The notes beneath the pieces are model-generated. The model did no database searches and had not been told where the DNA came from. It worked only from the letters and a program-made list of their open reading frames with translations. Source: Azolla caroliniana (taxonomy: Eukaryota; Plantae; Polypodiophyta). From it: a stretch of DNA of 64,000 bases. Made by a program: the position numbers and the translations under genes. The stretch spans positions 20,212,001 to 20,276,000 of the forward strand of contig JBHGNT010000001.1 in NCBI GenBank assembly GCA_043228905.1, written 5' to 3'. Positions 51,825-64,000 of the stretch are shown piece by piece (the stretch's first letter is position 1; every line of letters starts with the position of its first letter).

Positions 51825-54494
51825 ATGGACCCACAAACGCTGTCGGAAGCGGCCAGGAAATGGCTCAGGCAACACGGACTGAATGGGTTCTTGACCATCA
51901 TGGAGGCACCACCGCACAAAGAAGCCGACCGGGTCATCAAGGAGCTCGACACAGAAGTCATCACCGAGGAAGCGATCCGTGCGCTAACAGGCCTTCCGGA
52001 GGGAGGTATTTTTCAGATCGATAACCCAACCTCGGAGCAACTCATCCGATATTTCGGTGAGTACTCTCTAGCCGGCAAAGGCTATCGAACGCAGGGCGGC
52101 GAAGATCCGCTATTCAGGGAGATAGCTCGAGTGCTCCATGAGTACGGCCACGTGTACCCCCGACCCCCTGTCAGGCCAAAAAATCGGGCAGGGATGATCA
52201 TAGCCACCTATGAAGGGATCAAGGTGGATTGGCCGGTGTTGATTGCAGACGGTTTGTGCGCGGCAATCGACACGGTACGAGGAAAGGACGGCAAGGAGGG
52301 CCGGAAGCTGTGGCATGCCGTAGCTCAGTGGATAACATTGCTCGCGCCGCCGGTCGAGACCGTCCAGCCAAAGAAGCGGCCAAGATTATCGGAAGGAAGC
52401 ACCTCGAAACCCGCGTCCAAACGACAGCAGCTGCTGGCGTCGAAGGCGACGAAAGGGAAGAAACGGCTCCCAGAACCGAAGGAGGTGTCACCGGTCCGAC
52501 CCGTTAAGATAACCATACGGCGACCGGGACAGAAGGAACTGGAACCCTTGACGGCACAGATACATGCCGTTACCCAGGAAGAGGAAACGGAGGAGCCAGT
52601 AGAGCACCTCCAACGACGGTCAAGAAGTAGGACCGCCGGGACAGTGGGGGAGCGTTCGGACCCGCAAAAGGAAGAAACGCCCCCAACTCAACCTGAGGAA
52701 ACCACAAGGGAGGAACCGGAACCGGTGCGTATAGAACCAGCCTTGTCGACTTCTATACAAGAAGTCATTCCAACGGCTCCGGAGACGGCGAGAACCGGAA
52801 CTCAACAGCCGGCGAGCCCAGCCAGCACACACAGCGGCCAAGGAGTAGAACCAGAACGGCAGATACAGGCACTCAGGCCAGACAATTCCACAGTGAACGA
52901 GCCGACCCGACCAGTACAGCAGCAAGGCACCAGTAGCATGTGGCTACGGTGGGTAGGCGAGTAGATCGCCGGAGCGGTCGAGTACATAGAGGCGGAGGAG
53001 AGAGCGCACCACGAACGGTTGCTCGTCACAACCGTAGATCTAGAGACGGCCCGGTCCAGAATCCGGAGCCTTGAACAAGACTTGGACAGGGTCACAAGGG
53101 AAATGGCTCAATTGGCTTTGACAACACAAGTCCAAGCACCGGTGACTCCGGGCAATGTACAGAATAAAGCGTCAGATCAACCTGTACATAGCAATCAGAC
53201 CCCGGCAACGGAAACCGTTCCGGAGAGAAATGCGGCACAAGCCCAAGAGCTTGCGGACTTAAAGGATGAGCTAGCTGCCCAAGAAGCGCTGAGGAGCCGC
53301 GAAAGAGAGTTGAAGACGGCAGTGGAGGCAGAACTCAAAAAGACTGCTGAGAATCTACGCTGGGCCGAGGAGAGCTTACGAAAAGGCCACCAAGCGTACG
53401 ACCGGCTCAAGGAGGAGAAGGAGAAAATGCTGCAAGAGAAGGACAGGCTCCGGAGAAACGCCGAAACAGAAGTAGAGCGCCTGAAAGAGGAACTCCGGCA
53501 GCTAAAGGACCGGGAGGACCGGAACCATCGCCAGATCAACGGCAAGCTCAAACAAAAAACGGAGGAATTTGAGCACTTGCACCGGGAGTATAAACGATTG
53601 CAAACGGAGCACAAGGAACGGACGGATGAGCTCCGGCAAGCAGTTGATCGGACCGCAACGGCATACGCTAATGAACAAGCGGAAACCAGAAGACGGTTGG
53701 AAGAGGCGGAGAAGGTTCGAACAGAGCTCCTCAGGCAACAGCAGGCGGAAAGAGAAAGAGCGGCGGAGGTACTGCAGAGGCTGCAAACAACATATCAAGG
53801 GCAGCTGACGCGCTACAGAGAGCAGGCGGAGGATACGGCTAATCTCATCAAGCAGTTGAAGGAGGAACGACAAGTTGTGGAAAGTAGAGCGCAAATGGGA
53901 GCAAGTCGCATCAAGGATATCATGCGGGCTTGGTTGAACCAGACCAAGAGCTTGATTGACAACGGTTCCGTCAAATGGTGGACCAAGTGGGCCCCGAACG
54001 CGGCGGAACTCCAATTGCTCCGGGCCGACGTAGAGAACCGGCGGAAGGAGGGAGATGATTGCTATATGCTGACTTCCGAAGACTTCACCGGCATAAGAGA
54101 TGAGCTGGCCGAAGACTTTCAAGCCTTGGCAGAGGACCAACTAGGGCAAGTCCGGCAACTTGTAGCTCAGCTGGACGACGATAGGCTGGAGGCGCAGATC
54201 CAGTTTGAAAGCTACGAGAGGTCCCGGATCCGGGAAGAGAAAGCACGAGAACCAGTAACGGTCAACCTCAGTGATGAGGAACCGTTACTGGAAGGAGACC
54301 GGACCGGAAGCAGTCAAACGGGGATGCCGGAGTTAGAGAAACAAACGGAGCAGCCGCCTATAGAGCAGCCGGAGCAGTCTCAGTCCCAACCGCAACCACA
54401 GCAGCAGCAGCAAACACGGCCACAACAACCACAACCGGAAGAACAATTGGAAACTCTGGAACAAAGTATTTTGGACAATTTGGGTGAACAATGA
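51825..54494 (+). CDS. Accessory ORF (about 889 codons, one in-frame TAG at 52962): PMD/ATHILA-like N-terminus, disordered linker, long coiled coil
   Basis: ORFs 51525-52964 and 53019-54494 share a frame; ITEEAIRALTGLP and GIKVDWPVLI motifs; E/K/R/Q heptads; homolog at 1-960. Confidence 0.75.
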
Positions 54495-54527
54495 AGGGGT
54501 CGAGAAGGGTTCGACGTACAAGGTACT

Positions 54528-54544
54528 GTCCCACGGGCGTGCCA
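54528..54544 (-). promoter_or_regulatory. Second, antisense PBS-like site (tRNA-Arg(UCU)-like) at the PPT position
   Basis: Minus strand TGGCACGCCCGTGGGAC, 2 nt from the LTR; identical at 997-1013. Confidence 0.75.
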
Positions 54545-57500
54545 TGTGTTACCGGCCGGCAAGGAGTCCAAAATACGAAGTGAAGGAATTAATTAAGTAT
54601 GGTTGTAAATAAGCATAGTATGGACGGACGGACTGGAAACGGTATGCCGTTCCAGATCCGGACGGATCCCGAATAGGTGCGATAGGCACCGTTTTGTACT
54701 ACGGACCGGAAACCTATTTAAAGGCCCGGAGCCCATTGTAATCGCAGCGGATAATTAATAGAGCGTATGGTGTTTATACTTCTGTGTTGATTTCCGTTCT
54801 GTACTTACTGTTATATCTTACGCGTGTAATTAACAAAAGCGCTCTAATCGTGTAACCTACTTAGGTCGGTGTAATCGTTGAGTCATAATCCTATGCCGTA
54901 ATCACCCTTTGGTGAAGTGTCTCCGTGACACCTTGTGTTAGGCCTTGTCCGGTAAGAGAACAACAACCAACATACTCTGGACCCTCTCCATTATGGTCCG
55001 GTTCATCCTCTCGGCCATCCAGTTTAGTTCCGGCATCTTCGGCACTGAAAATTCGAGCCGGATTCCCTTCGAGCGGCAGTACTCCTCAAACTGCCCCCGG
55101 TATTCTCCTCCGTTATCTGCTCGAACCGCCTTCAGCTTCCGGCTGGTTTCTCTTTCCACTCTCGCGTGGAGCTCTTTGAAGACGGATAGCACCTGATCCT
55201 TCGTCTTCAACGGTGTGGCCCACAGCTTCCGGCTGTGGTCATCTATGTACATCACGAAGTACTGCGATCCAGCGTGGGACTTCGTGTCCACTTGACACAC
55301 ATCTGTATGCACCAACTCCAATGGTGCATTACGTCTCATCGGTGGCCTTGATCGGAAAGAGTTCCGGTTTTGCTTACCGGCTAGGCAATCGGTGCACCTC
55401 TCAAGATGCACGTTCTTCATCGGAATGAGGTTGTCATCGGCAAGCCTCTTCATCCCCTTCACACTCATGTGACACAATCTCTTGTGCCACAGCTCACCGG
55501 TAGTGTCGGAAGCCACGATCACTTCTTCCGGGCATAACCGGGCATTCATCAGGTACAACGTGTTGACCTTCCGGGCCGGAGCCACAATCAGGCTCCCTTT
55601 GTTGAACTTCATAACACCGTTCCGGATGCTACCCGTGTAGCCTTCATCATCTAGCCGACCGGCTGATATCAGGTTGAGTCGAACCTCCGGAACGTGTTGG
55701 ACATCCTTCAGCAGCAGCTTGCATCCGGTTGGTGTTGTCAACCACACGTCTCCTATGCCGAAAATTCGGCATGTACCTTCATTCCCCATCCGAACACAGC
55801 CGTGATCACCGGCTGAATAGGATGAGAAGCATTTTCTATCTGAGGTCAGGTGGAATGACACTCCAGAATCGACCACCCAGGTCATCTCGTCGCCGGCAAG
55901 GTTCAGTTCACTCTCCTCGGTGATGAGCATTAGCTCCTCTTCACTTGCCGCGATTGTCGTCGTTCCTTTCCGGTCCGGTCCCCTCCGGTCTTTACCGTTC
56001 CGGTCCAATGTCCGCTTCGAATCGGTACTGTCGGTTTCCTTGTCTTTTCGGAAGTGCCGATAGTTCTTCTGGAAGTGTCCCGGCTTGCCGCAATAGAAGC
56101 AAGTAGGCCTCCCCCTTGACTTTGACTGTGTCCCTGACTTTTCCCGGTTCTGGGGACTACAGTTCCTTTGCCTTCCGCGTTCCGATTCGGTAAGGAGCAC
56201 TTTGGAGTCGGAGCTCGTATCCTTATCTTTCCGACGCGCCTTCTCATCTAGCAAGCTCGACTTCACTCTTGCTTGGGATAACCGTTTTCCTTCCGGCCCG
56301 GCATTGCCCAAAGTGACAACCAACGTCTCCCAGCTATCTGGGAGGGAACCGAGCAAGAGTAGTGCTAGTACCTCATCGTTGAGAGGTACTTCTAATGATG
56401 TTGCCTGGTGTATCAGCCCTTGGAAGGAATTCATGTGCTCCGCCATGCTGGAGCCATCTTGGTACCGGAGTCTTACTAGCTTCCGAAATACCGAAACCTG
56501 ATTAACAACATTTTTGTTCTGAAACATAATGCTGATCTTCTCCTAGAGCTCATGAGCCTTGCTCTCTTCATTGAAGTTGTTGTATAGGCTCATGTCGATG
56601 AAGCATCGTATGTACGCCGCCGTTGTCTTCATGTGCATCACCTCCCATATCGTGGCATCGATTTTGTCCGGTCTTTTGTCCCCGAACTGAACCGGCAACC
56701 AAAGATCTTTAACCACGAGCATATCCCTCATCTTCGACTTCCACACTGAGTAATTGGAGCCAGCTTAAACATGCCTCCCAACGAATCATCCATTTTTCTG
56801 CGTCGTTTCGCTCTGATACCAGTTTGATAGGAATACGATTTCCTAAGCTATGCTCGGCCACAACCGAGACGTCAGATCAATCACAGAAAACAGGGATGTG
56901 GTGAGATGTATCTACACACGAAACAATAAAGAAGAGAGTGCACTGGATGTTAACGTGGAAAACCCTGAGAGGGAAAAACCACGAGAGTCCACAGAGTCCA
57001 AACTATCACTATGCCAACAATTACAATAGGGAGCACAGAGGCAACGACCTCTTGCTCACGGTCTTGGCCTGGCGGCAGTTACAACAGAGACATGCTCTGT
57101 ATCGCTCTCTCTGTCTCTCTCTCTATACAATCGTTACACCAAAATTACACGCACACCCTACTGAGTTTGCCCTAGATCATATTTATACTAATATGACTTT
57201 CAGCTATTTACAAAATATAGCCCCAGTGGGCTCTCTGGAACATATTTACATATATGTCCCTTCCATCCGATGAGAGGTTCTCACCGGGCCTGCAACATCC
57301 GGTTCTCACCGGGTCTTCCTTGCCGGGTACTCGTCATCCGGTTCTCACCGGGTCTTCCATTGTCGGGTACTCCACATCCGGATTCGGCCTCGGCCGAGTT
57401 GCTCATCAACACTGTTCTTCTCACATCCCATCCGGAGGGACCTATTTCCTAACAATAATCATATATATAAATATTTACATTATAATTGTATATCTAACTA

Positions 57501-58059
57501 ACTAATTGAGATCAAGTTTTAATTAACCTCACCTAATTTTTGTGCCCTATATATAATCATGCTTTTTCTTCTTTCCTTATAGAGTGTGAGAGAGAACATG
57601 AGAGAGGACAACGTGTCAGATCATGAGCGAGAGAGGAGAGTATACAACCCACGAGCATGACAATCAACGAGAGCAGAACATGACAGTCCACGAGAGGAGA
57701 GCATCACTGCCACAACGACCACGCAACTGACAACACGCAATGAGAGAGTGACCAACAACACCACAACAACAAACACTTCCTGACCATGCCCTCCAAGAAG
57801 AAGTCCTGATCAGATTCTAGATACAAAACCCTAATCTGTACGGAAACGTTCTCATTCATATCATTCTCCCCGTATGGAAATGTGACCAACTTGATACTTG
57901 GCATCTCGTTTTGCACATATGTGGAGTCCCAACTCGATACTTGGTATCAAATTACTCCCTATTGAGAATCCAGCTCAACCTAGTCTAGTGTGTGAAAAGA
58001 CCCTTGAGAGTGTATGAACACTCAAAGCTCAAAAGTCACACCATTACTATCTACACACT

Positions 58060-60830
58060 ATGTAGCCGAACTCATCGTCGCCGTAACCGAGGAATATGCA
58101 TGGCCGGGTCTTTGGATCCAACTTTCCTCTCCAGTCCTTAGCAACATGCACGTACGCAAGACACCCGAATACCTTCAGATGCCGGTAGGACACTTCCTTA
58201 CCGGTCCAGACTCTCTGCGGCGTGTCTCCGTCCAAGGGTACTGAGGGTGATCTGTTTATCACGTATGTCGTCGTCGATAGTGCCTCAGCCCAAAACTTCT
58301 TGGGTAGTTTTGCATGCGCCAGCATACTCCGGGCCCTCTCCATTATGGTCTGGTTCATCCTCTCGGCCAGCCCGTTTAGTTCCGGCGTCTTCGGCATGGT
58401 AAATTCGAGCCGGATTCCCTTCAAGCGGCAGTACTCCTCGAATTGCCCCAGGTATTCTCCTCCGTTATCTGCTCGAACCGCCTTCAACTTCCGGCCGGTT
58501 TCTCTTTCCACTCTCGCATGGAGCTCTTTGAAGACAGATAGTACCTGATCCTTCGTCTTCAGCGGTGTGGCCCACAGCTTCCAGCTGTGATCATCTATGA
58601 ACGTCACAAAGTACTACGGTCCGGCATGTGACTTCGTGTCCACTTGACATACATCAGTATGCACCAACTCCAGTGGTGCATTACGTCTCATCGGTGGCCT
58701 CGATCGGAAGGAGGTCCGGTTTTGTTTACCGGCCAGACAATCAGTGCACTTCTCCAAGTGCACGTTCTTCACCAGAATGAGGTTGTCGTTTGCAAGCCTC
58801 TTCATCCCCTTCACACTCATGTGACACAATCTCTTGTGCCACAGCTCACCGGTAGTGTCGGAAGCCACGTTCACTTCTTCCGGGCATAACCGGGCATTCA
58901 TCAGGTACAACGTGTTGACCTTCCGGGCCGGAGCCACAATCAGGCTCCCTTTGTTGAACTTCATAACACCGTTCCGGATGCTACTCGTGTAGCCTTCATC
59001 ATCTAGCCGACCGGCTGATATCAGGTTCAAACGAACCTCCGGAACGTGTCGGACATCCTTCACCAGCAGCTTGCGTCCGGTTGGTGTTGTCAACCACACG
59101 TCTCCTATGCCGAAAATTCGGCATGTACCTTCATTCCCCATCTGGACACAGCCGTGATCACCGGCGGAGTAGGATGAGAAGCATTTCCGGTCCGGGGTAA
59201 GGTGGAACGACGCTCCGGAGTCGACCACCCAGGTCATCTCGTCGCCGGCAAGGTTTAGCTCACTCTCCTCGGTGATGAGCATCAACTCTTCTTCACTTGC
59301 CGCGATTGTCGTCGCTCCCTTCCGGTCCGTTCCCCTCCAGTCTTTACCGTTCCGGTCCGGTGTCCGCTTCGAATCGGTATCATCGGTTTCGTTGTCTTTT
59401 CGGAAGTGCCAACAGTTCTTCTGGAAGTGTCCCGGCTTGCCGCAATAGAAGCAGGTAGGCCTCCCCCTTGACTTTGACCGTGTCCCCGACTTCTCCCGGT
59501 TCTGGGGACTACGGTTCCTTTGTCTTCCGCATTCCGATTCGGTAAGGAGCACTTTGGAGTCGGAGCTCGTATCCTTATCTTTCCGACGCGCCTCCTCATC
59601 TAGCAAGCTCGACTTCACTCTTTCTTGGGATAACCGTTTTCCTTCCGGCCCGGCATTGCCCAAAGTGACAACCAACGTCTCCCAGCTATCTGGGAGGGAA
59701 CCGAGCAAGAGTAGTGCTAGTACCTCATCGGCGAGAGGTACTTCCAATGATGTTTCCTGGTGGATCAGCCCCTTGAAGGCATTCATGTGCTCCGCCATGC
59801 TGGAGCCATCTTGGTACCGAAGTCTTACTAGCTTCCGAAATACCGAAACTTGATTAACGGCATTTTTGTTCTAAAACATAATGTCGATCTTCTCCTAGAG
59901 CTCATGAGCCTTGCTCTCTTCATTGAAATTGTTGTATAGACTCATGTCGATGAAGCACCGTATGTACACCGTTGTCTTGATGTGCATCACCTCCCATATC
60001 GTGGCATCGATTTTGTCCGGTCTTTTGTCCCCGAACTGAACCGGCAACCAAAGATCTTTAACCACGAGCATGTCCCTCATCTTCGACTTCCACACCGAAT
60101 GGTTGGAGCCGGTGAGCTTGAACATGCCTCCCAACGAATCATCCATTTTTCTATGTTGTCTCGCTCTGATACCACTTTGACAGGAATACACGCTCCCTAA
60201 AACATAACGCTCGGCCACAACCGAGTCTAGGATCAAACACAGAAAACGGGTAAGGTACGCACGACACAGTGAAGAGAAGAGTACACAGGATGTTAACGTG
60301 GAAAACCCAAACTAGGGAAAAACCAGGGCAGCCCACAAACTGCAAACTATCACTATATCACAATGTACAATAGTAAAGCACCGAGGCAACGACCTCGAGC
60401 TTGCTATCTTCGCCACAGGTGGCGGTTACAATAGAGGCAACGACCTCTTCCTCTCTCTCTCTCTGTGTACACAATTACGCACAGAATTGTTGCAACCAAC
60501 TCGAATGACAACACTACATCCCTAAGTTTTCCCTAAATCATATTTATACTAATATGACTTTTCGGTTATTTACAAATATTGCCACGATGGACTCTCAGAA
60601 AACATATTTACGAATATGTCCCTTCATCCGGTGAGCATTTCTCACCGGGCCTTCACCATCCGGTTCTTGCCGGGTACTCGTCATCCGGTTCTCACCGAGC
60701 CTTCCTTGTCGGGTACTTGTCATCCAGTTCTCACCAGGTCTTCCATTGTCGGGTACTCCACATCTGGTTCTCACCGGGTCTTCCGTTGTTAGGTACTCCA
60801 ATCCCATCCGAAGGGATCTGTTTCCTAACA
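58060..60830 (-). mobile_element. 3'-truncated Ty1/Copia element
   Basis: 5' LTR 60178-60830; PBS TGGTATCAGAGC 60163-60174; gag-protease-integrase ORFs 58047-60146; RT, RNase H and 3' LTR missing. Confidence 0.93.
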
Positions 60831-61320
60831 TGTCCCCCACTTGTCCTCCATACTCTGGCCAACAGTTCCTAATACAAACCATATGTATCATAGAACTAAG
60901 GCATGGAGGCGACAGAGAGAGAGAGAGAATAAATATGAAAGTGAGTGTTAATCTAATGAGAAGCAAGAAAATAGGAAGATTATAAAAATGATGGGAAATA
61001 ATAATAAGTGAAGACTATGAAGTCTTACAACTAGCATTGAACTAGTTACAAGCAAATGTGCATAACCCTATTTTTACACATACATGTAGTATGTTGTTCC
61101 ACATACTTATAATTGCACTACACACAAACTACAAGCTCTCACAACTATGCAATCTACTTAGTGGTTGTGATAGTAAGGATGTCATTGATTTGTAGTACAA
61201 GTAGGGTTTCCACATTCCATTTCTTAACATTTGTATATATATGTGTTTGTCTAGGAGAGAAAAGAGAGACATTGGGCATCTCCCATGTTGAGGCTTGCAC
61301 GTAATTTATCATGATAATGA
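60831..61320 (-). repeat. Probable chromovirus-type LTR remnant
   Basis: TGTTTGTCTAGGAGA and AAGTCTTACA blocks shared with LTR 9480-9810; layout similar to 36869-37310. Confidence 0.45.
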
Positions 61321-61329
61321 AGTTATTAA

Positions 61330-64000
61330 CCTTAAGAGGAATACTTCTCATAGTCAACTCATCAAAGATAGAGTGTATGTGGCTTATAAGATAAAGTGGG
61401 TGTCATGCTTGACTCCAGACGAGAATCTTATTCTCAGAGAATTTTGTATAGGGGTTTGCCAAATCAGTGTTTTCGGTGTTTTGGATTTGGTCATTTGGCA
61501 AAAAATTACCCTAAATATAATAAAGAGACAGATAAGCATGTACCCAATACAACTATAGTCCCATCTCATGCTAGATCTAAGGGTTGGACTGAGGTCGGTC
61601 ATAGGAAAGTATCTTCACAATTATCTTATGACAAGCGTCATCAAGTGTCAATCAATCATTTAAAGGAATTTCCCCCCTTACATAATAGATATTCTACCCT
61701 CCAAGTAGAAGAGGATCGGTCACATGAAGTGAATATGTCAGATCAACCATCAACCCATTTTTCCCAAAAGACAGACTTACTTTCTACTAAGTTGCCTGAG
61801 ACTTTCCCAAGGTTAATAGTAGGCCAACCACCATTGAAAATTGTTGAGAACCAGCAGTTGACACCAAATGTTAATTTGGATTCATCTAAAAAATTAAAAG
61901 GAAAAGTTGTCTCTGCTCAAGATATTACAGATGTGGAAATGCCTCCAAGTGTTATGGGAATCGAAGCAGACCAACAAATCGATATTGGTGTTTCTGGTAG
62001 TTCAGTTCCCTTTGATAAGCTTGTAGGAAAATCTATTTCTAGTCAATCAAATATGATGGGGGTTGAAATGGCTCAAGGAGTAGATAAACTCCCTTGTGCT
62101 GGATATCAATTTACAGTTTCACAGGATACCCTGACACTTCAGACCCCTCAAAAGCAAGTTAAGGATCATAGGGTACATAAGCATGCAGGGAACTATCTAC
62201 TTTTAAAACAACAAGCAAGAGCTCAGGAGGGTGCCCAGAAAGGCCGCCAGGATGCTCTCCTTGAAAAAAGGACACCAATAAAATCTGTGTAAGATGGACA
62301 CCTTACATCTTCTTTCCTGGAATGTGCAAGGCTTGGGTGGTCAGGCTTTTCGTAGATTTAAAGGACTTACGCGCAGATTTAGGTACTGCTAATGTAGGAA
62401 ATATTGATATTCTTTTTTTACAAGAGAATCACTTATGTATGGATAGAATTCGGAAGTATGGATCTATTTTACCAAGACAATGGACTCACTTCTGGATTCC
62501 CACTTTTGGCCCCACTGACCGTCAGGTTGGACTATGCATTGCAATTAAACAACATTTGCAGTCTATCATTGTGTCAGTTGCTACTATTATGAATAAAAGG
62601 GCACAATTCCTGATTGTAAAAATAAGATCCCAAAAGGTTGGCCTTATGAATCTCTATGCCCCAAATTCTGCGGCCGAAAGGGCAAAGTTATGGCTATCTC
62701 TTTCTAATTATGTGAGTTTAGCGGATTGTTGGTTCGTAGGAGGCGACTTTAATATGATTGAGGATGTTGCTGACAGGCTGGGAGGTATAACTACTACAAT
62801 TTCAGGATGGGAAGCTAAGTGTTGGGATTACTTTTGTTTTACTTATGGGTTGTTGGATTTATGGAAGGTGCATTCATTTTCACGTATACAAGGATCCCTT
62901 CAGTTTTCTAGATCAGATGGAATCTTGGTTGCTACAAATTTGTCTCGACTAGATAGATTTTATGCTAGTAGCATTGTTTGGGAAGCAGGTGGATCCATAG
63001 GAATTATTCCAGGATCAGCTATCTCTGACCACGACCCTCTGAAGTTACAGGTTACATTTACTAAGAGGCGATACTCGAGACAATTGTGTATCCCTCCTGC
63101 AATTTGATGAACACAGTGCTCGGCCACAACCAAGGAATAGGATCAACTCACAGAAAACAGGAAATACAAAATGCACGAAGACAATAGAGAGAAGAGTACA
63201 CAGGATGTTTTACGTGGAAAACCCTAAATGGGAAAAACCACGGGAGTCCTCAAACTCCAACTATCACTACAAACAGAGATGTACAATGGTGAAGCTACGA
63301 GGCAACAACCTTGAGCTCACTGTCTTCGCCACAGGCGGCGGTAATACACAGAGGCAACGACCTCTTCGTCTCTCTCACTCTCTCTCTCTCTCTCTCGGCT
63401 GCTCACTTAGCTCTCTCTCTAAGTGGAAAACCAGAAAAATGAGTAACGACAGTAAAACTGTTTGCCCTAAGTCATATTTATACACATATGACTTTCGGGC
63501 TATTTACAAATATAGCCACAAGGGCTCTTGGCAAACATATTCACAAATATGTCCCCGCATCCGGATCTCTCTCCGGGTACATTCGTCATCCGGCTCCGTA
63601 GCCGGGGTCTTCATCATCCGGCTCCGTAGCCGAGGTCTTCATCATCCGGCTCCGTAGCCGGGGTCTTCATCATCCGGCTCCGTAGCCGGGGTCTTCATCA
63701 TCCGGATTCCCGGATATCCGACCATCCCATCCGGAGGGACCGTAATCCCAACACAATTTTATCTGAGGATAATCATCGGATGTCAATCATACAAATATGG
63801 TCAAAATACAATTTTTCAAATGTTTGTTTGCTTAGCAATATGACTCATGCCATACTCGATACAAAGATTCTATTCACAGAAAGAGTTTCAGCATCTGTTT
63901 ATCACTGCAATTCAGAGATTGCTAACTTGCGTCGTGCTTTGGCAGCATTACAACAACTTTTGGAAAGATATCCAACTTCATCTATATTATGTTGTGATTT
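61330..64000 (+). mobile_element. L1-clade LINE: end of ORF1 (to 62292) and ORF2 AP endonuclease (from 62294, frameshifted)
   Basis: Knuckle LPNQCFRCFGFGHLAKNY; SWNVQGL, LQE, NLYAPN, GGDFN, SRLDRFY and SDH motifs. Confidence 0.92.
63105..63753 (-). repeat. Copia solo LTR with four 28-bp tandem repeats, inserted in L1 ORF2
   Basis: TG...CA; TSD CAATT; unit TCATCCGGCTCCGTAGCCGGGGTCTTCA at about 63586-63700. Confidence 0.95.

Larger units (their letters stand above)
45092..54965 (+). mobile_element. Young, near-intact non-chromovirus Ty3/Gypsy element with an extra 3' ORF
   Basis: LTRs 45092-45510 and 54547-54965 (419 bp each, 5 substitutions by eye); TSD ACCAA; domain order gag-PR-RT-RH-INT. 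Confidence 0.98.
42147..57454 (-). mobile_element. Full-length Ty1/Copia element interrupted by the young Gypsy
   Basis: LTRs 56825-57454 and 42147-42856; TSD ATAAT; PBS TGGTATCAGAGC; PPT GGAGTGAAGGGGGAG; gag-protease-integrase ORF 54971-56527; RT and RNase H fragments 42870-45090. Confidence 0.97.

Noticed and set aside
53195-54140. Antisense ORFs over TE genes (also 6274-6759, 13145-13810, 25731-26330)
   Set aside because: Shadow frames of GC-rich or coiled-coil coding sequence with no recognisable motifs
53019-54494. Host SMC/myosin-like gene or true env
   Set aside because: Lies between the element LTRs; no ATPase motifs, signal peptide or transmembrane segment
54493-54509. GAAGGGG..GAGAAGGG as the canonical PPT
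   Set aside because: About 40-50 nt from the LTR edge, and only GAAGGGG is conserved in the second copy; an auxiliary role is not excluded
54495-54546. A genuine tRNA gene or SINE before the 3' LTR
   Set aside because: Only the T-loop and 3' acceptor strand are present, with no D arm, anticodon arm or A box; CCA is encoded and the position is fixed relative to the LTR
57460-58050. Unassigned segment with a short direct repeat (CCAACTYGATACTTGGYATC twice)
   Set aside because: No credible ORF or terminus; cannot be assigned from sequence alone
63586-63700. CRISPR-like repeat array
   Set aside because: Head-to-tail repeats without unique spacers, inside a Copia LTR

Overview
TE-only window with no intact host gene, probably from a non-seed land plant (inferred from the Tcn1-type, Sola-like and RTEX-like elements). 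It is a deeply nested cluster of: one Ty1/Copia family (3 full-length copies, 1 truncated, 3 solo LTRs, tRNA-iMet PBS); a second Copia fragment; two Tcn1-type chromoviruses (one with a self-priming PBS); several tRNA-Trp-primed Ty3/Gypsy elements with 4-bp TSDs; an RTEX-like LINE 3' fragment; an L1 LINE; and a decayed Sola-like transposase. The youngest element is a near-intact 9.9-kb Gypsy (45092-54965; 419-bp LTRs with 5 differences; TSD ACCAA) with a large extra 3' ORF. Most notable: it and a diverged relative at the window start lack a polypurine tract. Instead, both carry the identical 17-mer GTCCCACGGGCGTGCCA 2 nt before the 3' LTR, which resembles a tRNA-Arg 3' end. The intact copy thus has a tRNA primer-binding-like site at both ends on opposite strands, suggesting tRNA priming of both cDNA strands. 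tRNA and family assignments are from recalled sequences and motifs, not database searches.
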